Origin: a virus
Direction: 5' to 3' (one strand)
Length of the DNA: 64,000 nt
Virus record (IMG/VR): IMGVR_UViG_3300006923_000013
Location: 21,788 to 85,787 of that record
The stretch's first letter is position 1; the number at the start of each line of letters is the position of its first letter. A program made the position numbers and the translations under genes. Under the pieces are notes generated by a model. It saw only the letters and a program-made list of their open reading frames with translations. It searched no databases and had not been told where the DNA came from. Positions 59,685 to 64,000 of this stretch are shown here, piece by piece.

Positions 59685-59977
59685 TACTTAAACTTTCCAA
59701 AAAGACTGGTCTCTCTGAATACATGATATACTTTCTTACCTATAGCTACAGGAGTTCCCCCATGAGGAGGGATCATAATTTCATCTCCTATATTAAAATC
59801 CTCTACTAAAGGTCCTTTATGCAATACAGTAGCATATACCACTGCATTCATCTCCAGCGCGTCCTTTTCGGAAATTTCAATTCCAGAGTCTGTTGTCGTA
59901 CTGGGCAAGACGATATCTACTAAAAGATTATTAGCTACCATCTCTATATCCTTTACACTTTTTTTCTTCATGTTCAT
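59684..59977 (-). CDS. groES: GroES/Cpn10-like co-chaperonin
   Basis: 97 aa; NNLLV, TTTDSGIEI (mobile-loop-like), ATVLHKGP, IGDEIM, YHVFRETSLFG follow the Cpn10 pattern. Confidence 0.75.
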   Translation of the reverse strand: MNMKKKSVKDIEMVANNLLVDIVLPSTTTDSGIEISEKDALEMNAVVYATVLHKGPLVEDFNIGDEIMIPPHGGTPVAIGKKVYHVFRETSLFGKFK

Positions 59978-59986
59978 GTTTTATTA

Positions 59987-60337
59987 TTACCACTTACCCT
60001 TAGGGCATTCTTTATCTGGAGCGAAAGTATTTGCAGGGAATGCACATCCGCATTCTCCACATTTATATCCTTCGTATAATTCTTCAGCGCTTTTAGCAGT
60101 TTCTTCTGAAACCTTAAATCGTGTTCTCACAACTTTATCTGGATCTCCAGGTTTAGCGCCAGGTATTAATCTATTAACGAATTTAAACAGTCCCGACTTT
60201 TCTAAAAGAGGACATGTTTTACATACTTCTGCTCTAGCTTCTGCTAGTTCTAAAAGTTCTTTAGGTACCTGGGCGGCAGATCTACATGCTTTGATGTAGT
60301 TACTCCAACCGTCTTTCATGTTTTTTAGATCTCCCAT
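59987..60337 (-). CDS. Zn-ribbon protein
   Basis: R.EVCKTCP...CGECGC...CPKGKW. Confidence 0.7.
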   Translation of the reverse strand: MGDLKNMKDGWSNYIKACRSAAQVPKELLELAEARAEVCKTCPLLEKSGLFKFVNRLIPGAKPGDPDKVVRTRFKVSEETAKSAEELYEGYKCGECGCAFPANTFAPDKECPKGKW

Positions 60338-60702
60338 TATGGTATAAGTGTACTAACGCTTGTACCATCCCACTGTACAAGTGACTGATCATAAGTAGAC
60401 ATATCTATCATCTCCATTCTATGTGGATACAGAGGTTCCGCAGGATCTATTACCTCTCGGTCTGCAAGCATTAATGCCTCTTCGGAAGAAATATGGCCAA
60501 GCTTAAGAAGTCTGAACAGTGTAGCTGTTATTTGCTTCTCTCGATCCTTGATCTCAGCTATTCTCTTTTCTGCCTCGGCGGATGGATTTATCCATTGGGT
60601 GCCTACTTCTTTCAGCGCTTTATCCCATTCTTCCATACTTCTTCTATTTGTGATCATTTTAATATCTTTATTCATATTAGATGTATTCATCGAATTTTCC
60701 AT
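60337..60702 (-). CDS. Hypothetical protein
   Basis: 121 aa; TAATG overlap with the downstream gene; start uncertain. Confidence 0.6.
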   Translation of the reverse strand: MENSMNTSNMNKDIKMITNRRSMEEWDKALKEVGTQWINPSAEAEKRIAEIKDREKQITATLFRLLKLGHISSEEALMLADREVIDPAEPLYPHRMEMIDMSTYDQSLVQWDGTSVSTLIP

Positions 60703-60880
60703 TTTTAATATCTTCTACCATATCTTTGAAGTGTCCCTTCTTCCAGACAGTGAAACCTTCTTCTTTTCCACCCAGAACTACCTCATCGAGGTCTTTATGG
60801 ATAGAAATAGAGGGACAGGTCTTACATGTTTTACAGAATGTGATCTTTAGTGATCTAGCGGCGGAGTTATCATCATCCAT
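60677..60880 (-). CDS. Small Cys-containing hypothetical protein
   Basis: 67 aa; CKTCKTCP; overlaps neighbours. Confidence 0.6.
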   Translation of the reverse strand: MDDDNSAARSLKITFCKTCKTCPSISIHKDLDEVVLGGKEEGFTVWKKGHFKDMVEDIKNGKFDEYI

Positions 60881-61121
60881 TAGCTGTTGCTTTCAGTGCG
60901 GTCATTAAAAGATCTTCTACCTCTTTACGCTGCTTGGCAGTAAATAAAGGAGTTACATTATCTCCTCCGATAGCAAGTGCTCCCATTAGAGTATGTGCCT
61001 TCTTTACTTCGAGCTCTATGAGAGCTGCTCGTTTATTAAATTCATGAGCCTCGATCTGTTCGGCTGTCATCATCGGAACCCCACTTGGTTGTCCGTTACT
61101 CTGAGCTTGGTATTCGTCCAT
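60873..61121 (-). CDS. Hypothetical protein
   Basis: 82 aa; TAATG coupling. Confidence 0.6.
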   Translation of the reverse strand: MDEYQAQSNGQPSGVPMMTAEQIEAHEFNKRAALIELEVKKAHTLMGALAIGGDNVTPLFTAKQRKEVEDLLMTALKATANG

Positions 61122-61339
61122 TATTTTAATTTAGTTAATTGTTCAATAATTCTTTCTCTGTTACCTAGTTTTCTAGATACAGCTAGCATTTCTATTGCTA
61201 GATGGTTGTGTGAGAGAGGTGTTCGATACTTCTCTTCCACCAGATTAGTTGCAAGTCCTTCCAGTTCCCCTTGAAGTATAGCTTTCTCTTTACTGTAGTG
61301 TTCGAGGGCCTTATCTATTTTCTCTGCCTTGCTTTCCAT
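61121..61339 (-). CDS. Hypothetical coiled-coil protein
   Basis: 72 aa; overlaps neighbours. Confidence 0.55.
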   Translation of the reverse strand: MESKAEKIDKALEHYSKEKAILQGELEGLATNLVEEKYRTPLSHNHLAIEMLAVSRKLGNRERIIEQLTKLK

Positions 61340-61617
61340 AATCTTGTTATTTCAATTGTTCCTTTTTCTCTGTCCAGTTTGCCACTTCTTATATTTTTTA
61401 TCAGTGATCGTATAAGACTATCCAGTCTTGCTTTCTTTGCTCTGAACGTGCCAAAGTTATGTAATAAAACATTATCCAGCAAACCATCGGTCATAATGCT
61501 GCTTACATAATTAAACTGGTGCCGCACAACATATTCTACAAGAGGTCTAGGTATTCCCAGGTCCTTGGCTATTTTATCATAGCCCTCTTCCATAGTCTTG
61601 TCCTTCTTACCCGCCAT
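61315..61617 (-). CDS. IHF/HU-like DNA-binding protein
   Basis: IAKDLGIP...VEYVV...NVLLHNFGTF matches the HU/IHF helix-helix + V.L..FG.F pattern. Confidence 0.75.
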   Translation of the reverse strand: MAGKKDKTMEEGYDKIAKDLGIPRPLVEYVVRHQFNYVSSIMTDGLLDNVLLHNFGTFRAKKARLDSLIRSLIKNIRSGKLDREKGTIEITRLWKARQRK

Positions 61618-61982
61618 TATCCCGTTATATTGAATTGAAATACGAGTTCGACCTGACCTTTTCCTTCTGGTACGTTTATCTTAGGGTTCAGTTTCAACTG
61701 ACCAGTCTTCGGATCATTGAGAAGAACTCCTTTACGCTTGAAGTATTTTATATAATTATCCAGATTGGAATAACTCTTGAATCCGAATTTCTTACGCACA
61801 AAGCTTCTCGCCTGGGTCCCAAATCTATCATCTCGTGCCAGATCTCCCTCCAATTCCATAAAGGCCGCTAGGATGTCCATTTCACGCTGTGTGAGAGGAT
61901 CAGGGAGAATCACATTCACAAGTTTCAGGTACTTCGGTAGGAAGTCCTTCTTCTTAAGTGTTTCTTTCTTTAATCTTTTCAT
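61617..61982 (-). CDS. Winged-helix DNA-binding protein
   Basis: LTQREMDIL...NLDNYIKYFKRKGVL...LNP wHTH pattern. Confidence 0.65.
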   Translation of the reverse strand: MKRLKKETLKKKDFLPKYLKLVNVILPDPLTQREMDILAAFMELEGDLARDDRFGTQARSFVRKKFGFKSYSNLDNYIKYFKRKGVLLNDPKTGQLKLNPKINVPEGKGQVELVFQFNITG

Positions 61983-62148
61983 TTTCTAAAATTTCTCCTG
62001 CGCCTTTAAATACTTGATACATAGACACAGCTTGTTCTTTTCTTCCCTCATCCAACATCATCTGTATAAAGCGATGTTGATTCTCTACGGTATTATTATT
62101 CCACTTCTGCATCACCGCCAGTAGTACCGTCAATAGTAATTCTCCCAT
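61954..62148 (-). CDS. Hypothetical protein
   Basis: 64 aa; fills the gap in the operon. Confidence 0.5.
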   Translation of the reverse strand: MGELLLTVLLAVMQKWNNNTVENQHRFIQMMLDEGRKEQAVSMYQVFKGAGEILENEKIKERNT

Positions 62149-62159
62149 TGAACAATTCT

Positions 62160-62480
62160 TTACTTAACATTGTATAAACTGTAATTAAGAGTTAATTCTT
62201 CACCTACTTTAATGTGACGAATAGTTTTAATATATCTAAAATCTGTAGTTAAATATGCTTTAAGATTAGGAGTATCAGAATGGTTTATAAATCCTCCAAG
62301 AGGAGTTCTAATAAACTTATTTTTAAATCTTTCATCATATACATGACTTATTCCTAGATTTTCTCCTACAGGAAGTTCTTCCTCGGTAAATAATCCTAAG
62401 CCTTCTATTTTAGATGGTTTTATTGTAAGCCTTTCATCTAAAGGCGTGTAATATTTAACATTATTTAATTTCGGTTTCAT
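62160..62480 (-). CDS. Minimal SET-domain protein (putative lysine methyltransferase)
   Basis: SKIEGLGLF, FINHSDTPN and GEELTLNY are the three SET signature motifs; ATG at 62480 preferred over TTG at 62495. Confidence 0.9.
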   Translation of the reverse strand: MKPKLNNVKYYTPLDERLTIKPSKIEGLGLFTEEELPVGENLGISHVYDERFKNKFIRTPLGGFINHSDTPNLKAYLTTDFRYIKTIRHIKVGEELTLNYSLYNVK

Positions 62481-62538
62481 TTGAGACGATTGCAAGTGAT
62501 AATATTAATAAGCATTCCATTTTCTGTATGTTATAGCA

Positions 62539-62546
62539 CAAATATA
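62539..62546 (-). promoter_or_regulatory. Bacteroidota -7 element TATATTTG heading the late module (another, TAGATTTG, at 62952-62959)
   Basis: Consensus match upstream of the first minus-strand gene. Confidence 0.5.
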
Positions 62547-63129
62547 TACAATTATTATGAAACCGTAATATTTGTCCAGTATTTTAAGTAATAAACTGGA
62601 CATTCGTGTACACGATCAAGCACGGGCACCTATAGTAATGTAAACCAGTAGGTGGACTTATTCCAGTGAATGTAAACCATTCCGTTTACTTCCTCCTCCC
62701 CCTTGCCCTAAGTTCAGGGAGTTTATTTTCTTTCGCACAGCACCAAATCCCCCTCCCCGAAATTTTTTTGTGCTGTTGCAAGGTCCCATACACCTGAGAG
62801 ATATATCTCAGGTAGCGCATACGCTTTTGTATCGTAAATGTTGATAGTTGTCTATCGTTGCTGTATCTAATATTATACAGCCTAAGACGTAGTGGCGCTG
62901 AGTCATATCCTTGATTCTCGTGTCAGCGTATCCCGTTTTATCGGTGGATTACAAATCTACGGAAAATAATTATTATAAAATTTTTTTATCAAAAAAAAAT
63001 CTTTGTGTGGTCGATTCGTTGATCCTACATAAATCAAACTCCCCTACTAAACTTTGGTGGGAAACGTCCCCCGCCAGGTGCACTTAGCATCGAAAAGCAA
63101 CTGTGCTTGGGACATTGCAACAGTACTGT

Positions 63130-63480
63130 ATGGAACAGTCGTCTGTAGCAGCTATCAGTCTTGCGTTTCTTAGCAACGATTGGGAACAGGTTAGTGCACC
63201 TGAACTCTTCGAGCTAAGCAACGGCAGAGTGTACATTCGTGTGCTCTTTGTAGATGTTGATACATACAAAGCCTCTAAGGCATCTGAGAAGATGGCTAAG
63301 GAGTTGGGTATGGAGTTCAACACTGACTCATTAGCTGAAGTAGGTCGATGTGTACCACAGTTCTTTGACTCGAAAGAGCAGGCATTGGGCTATAAGCTCA
63401 ACACGGTGTGCATGTTACGATCTTCGGATTGGAACAGCAAGCCTAAGCCTTCTTCAAGCGAGTCTGGGGACAGTGTGTAA
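63130..63480 (+). CDS. Hypothetical protein, first gene of the opposite-strand module
   Basis: Open frame of 116-125 aa (ATG 63130 or GTG 63103); followed by hairpins and a T-tract. Confidence 0.5.
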   Translation: MEQSSVAAISLAFLSNDWEQVSAPELFELSNGRVYIRVLFVDVDTYKASKASEKMAKELGMEFNTDSLAEVGRCVPQFFDSKEQALGYKLNTVCMLRSSDWNSKPKPSSSESGDSV

Positions 63481-63577
63481 GCATTGAGAAGTCGTTGCGT
63501 GTGTTGAGCCTTAGGGAGTTCCACACGCACGGCTCATCCTATGGTGCCCAGGAAGTAGTTTAGCCTGGGCTGTTGGG

Positions 63578-63644
63578 GTACAAGCGTGTCGGGTAAGGGA
63601 GGTGATAGCCTCTTACCTGGCACGTTGTGCTACTCTTTTTTTTT
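63578..63644 (+). terminator. Long hairpin followed by T9 (intrinsic terminator-like)
   Basis: GTACAAGCGTGTCGGGTAAG...CTTACCTGGCACGTTGTGC pairs with G-U wobbles and a bulge; T-run at 63636-63644. Confidence 0.6.
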
Positions 63645-63758
63645 ATTCACTTGTACATCTACGGAAACGTAGGTGTACTTAAACAAAACCCTACGGAACA
63701 GAAATGCAATTATCAAACATCCTTGTTATTCTTTGCTACTAATTAAAGCACAACTATC

Positions 63759-63962
63759 ATGGACAAGAGAACAGCCATTACAACATGGGTAGAGATCATG
63801 GGTAACACCATCGCTACCTTAGACGACAACGAGTCACTTACTACATTCTTTATTAAAGACACTGTAGTTGTAGGATTTCACAAGAAACGCTACGGAAAGG
63901 GACAACACTCCAATTTGCCTCAAGAACTGATTGATTGGAAAGAAGAACAGGAAGCTATGTAG
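63759..63962 (+). CDS. Hypothetical protein
   Basis: 67 aa; ATG preceded by an A-rich leader typical of Bacteroidota translation starts. Confidence 0.6.
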   Translation: MDKRTAITTWVEIMGNTIATLDDNESLTTFFIKDTVVVGFHKKRYGKGQHSNLPQELIDWKEEQEAM

Positions 63963-64000
63963 CTTCTTGTTCTTTTTAACACTAACGTAACCAAATGAAA

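Noticed and set aside
1-62480. The many plus-strand and nested minus-strand ORFs of 60-190 aa in the ORF track
   Set aside because: They are shadows of long, tightly tiled minus-strand genes, have biased Ser/Leu/Phe-rich composition and show no motifs.
63084-63323. 79-aa minus-strand ORF in the switch region
   Set aside because: Antisense to the more protein-like plus-strand ORF, non-ATG start, no motif.
63490-63540. HDV-like (theta) ribozyme
   Set aside because: P1/P2-like crossing helices exist, but there is no P3/L3 and only 1-2 nt between P1' and P2', leaving no room for P1.1 or the catalytic J4/2; no adjacent tRNA seen.
1-64000. Stop-codon reassignment (TAG or TGA), known in some crAss-like phages
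   Set aside because: Conserved genes are full length in the standard code, and TGA and TAG act as stops at coupled gene junctions.
62500-64000. tRNA genes or CRISPR array
   Set aside because: No cloverleaf with T-loop consensus and no regularly spaced repeats found by eye; the 11-bp direct repeat occurs only twice.

Overview
A 64-kb piece of a crAss-like (Crassvirales-related) Bacteroidota phage genome in the standard genetic code. Nearly all of it (1-62480) is one densely packed, translationally coupled minus-strand virion/late module. In transcription order it encodes: small genes (SET-domain protein, HTH, IHF-like, Zn-ribbon, GroES-like, YkuD-type lysin); terminase large subunit; portal; a modular ~1000-aa protein; acidic scaffold-like protein; major capsid protein; conserved crAss head/neck genes; Cys-rich tail hub/fibre proteins; a BspA/DUF285 protein; three small membrane proteins; a block of small paralogous beta-rich proteins with a metallophosphoesterase; ring proteins; a 2308-aa tail muzzle/stabilisation protein; two ejected cargo proteins; a 4392-aa virion RNA polymerase polyprotein (DFDID motif); and the start of another giant cargo protein that runs off the window. 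A hairpin-rich non-coding strand-switch region (62500-63100) precedes plus-strand genes and a structured RNA segment. The most notable observations are: (1) a short [F/Y/M]xxG[G/A]x[V/I] motif repeated about 11 times across two otherwise unrelated proteins, in one of which it falls at the boundaries between effector-like domains (candidate virion-loading or processing tag); (2) a Pol-beta-type nucleotidyltransferase domain fused to the virion RNAP; (3) a vWA-like domain shared by two different tail proteins; (4) a four-member paralogue family plus three paralogue pairs. All assignments come from motif recognition and gene order by eye; no database searches were run.
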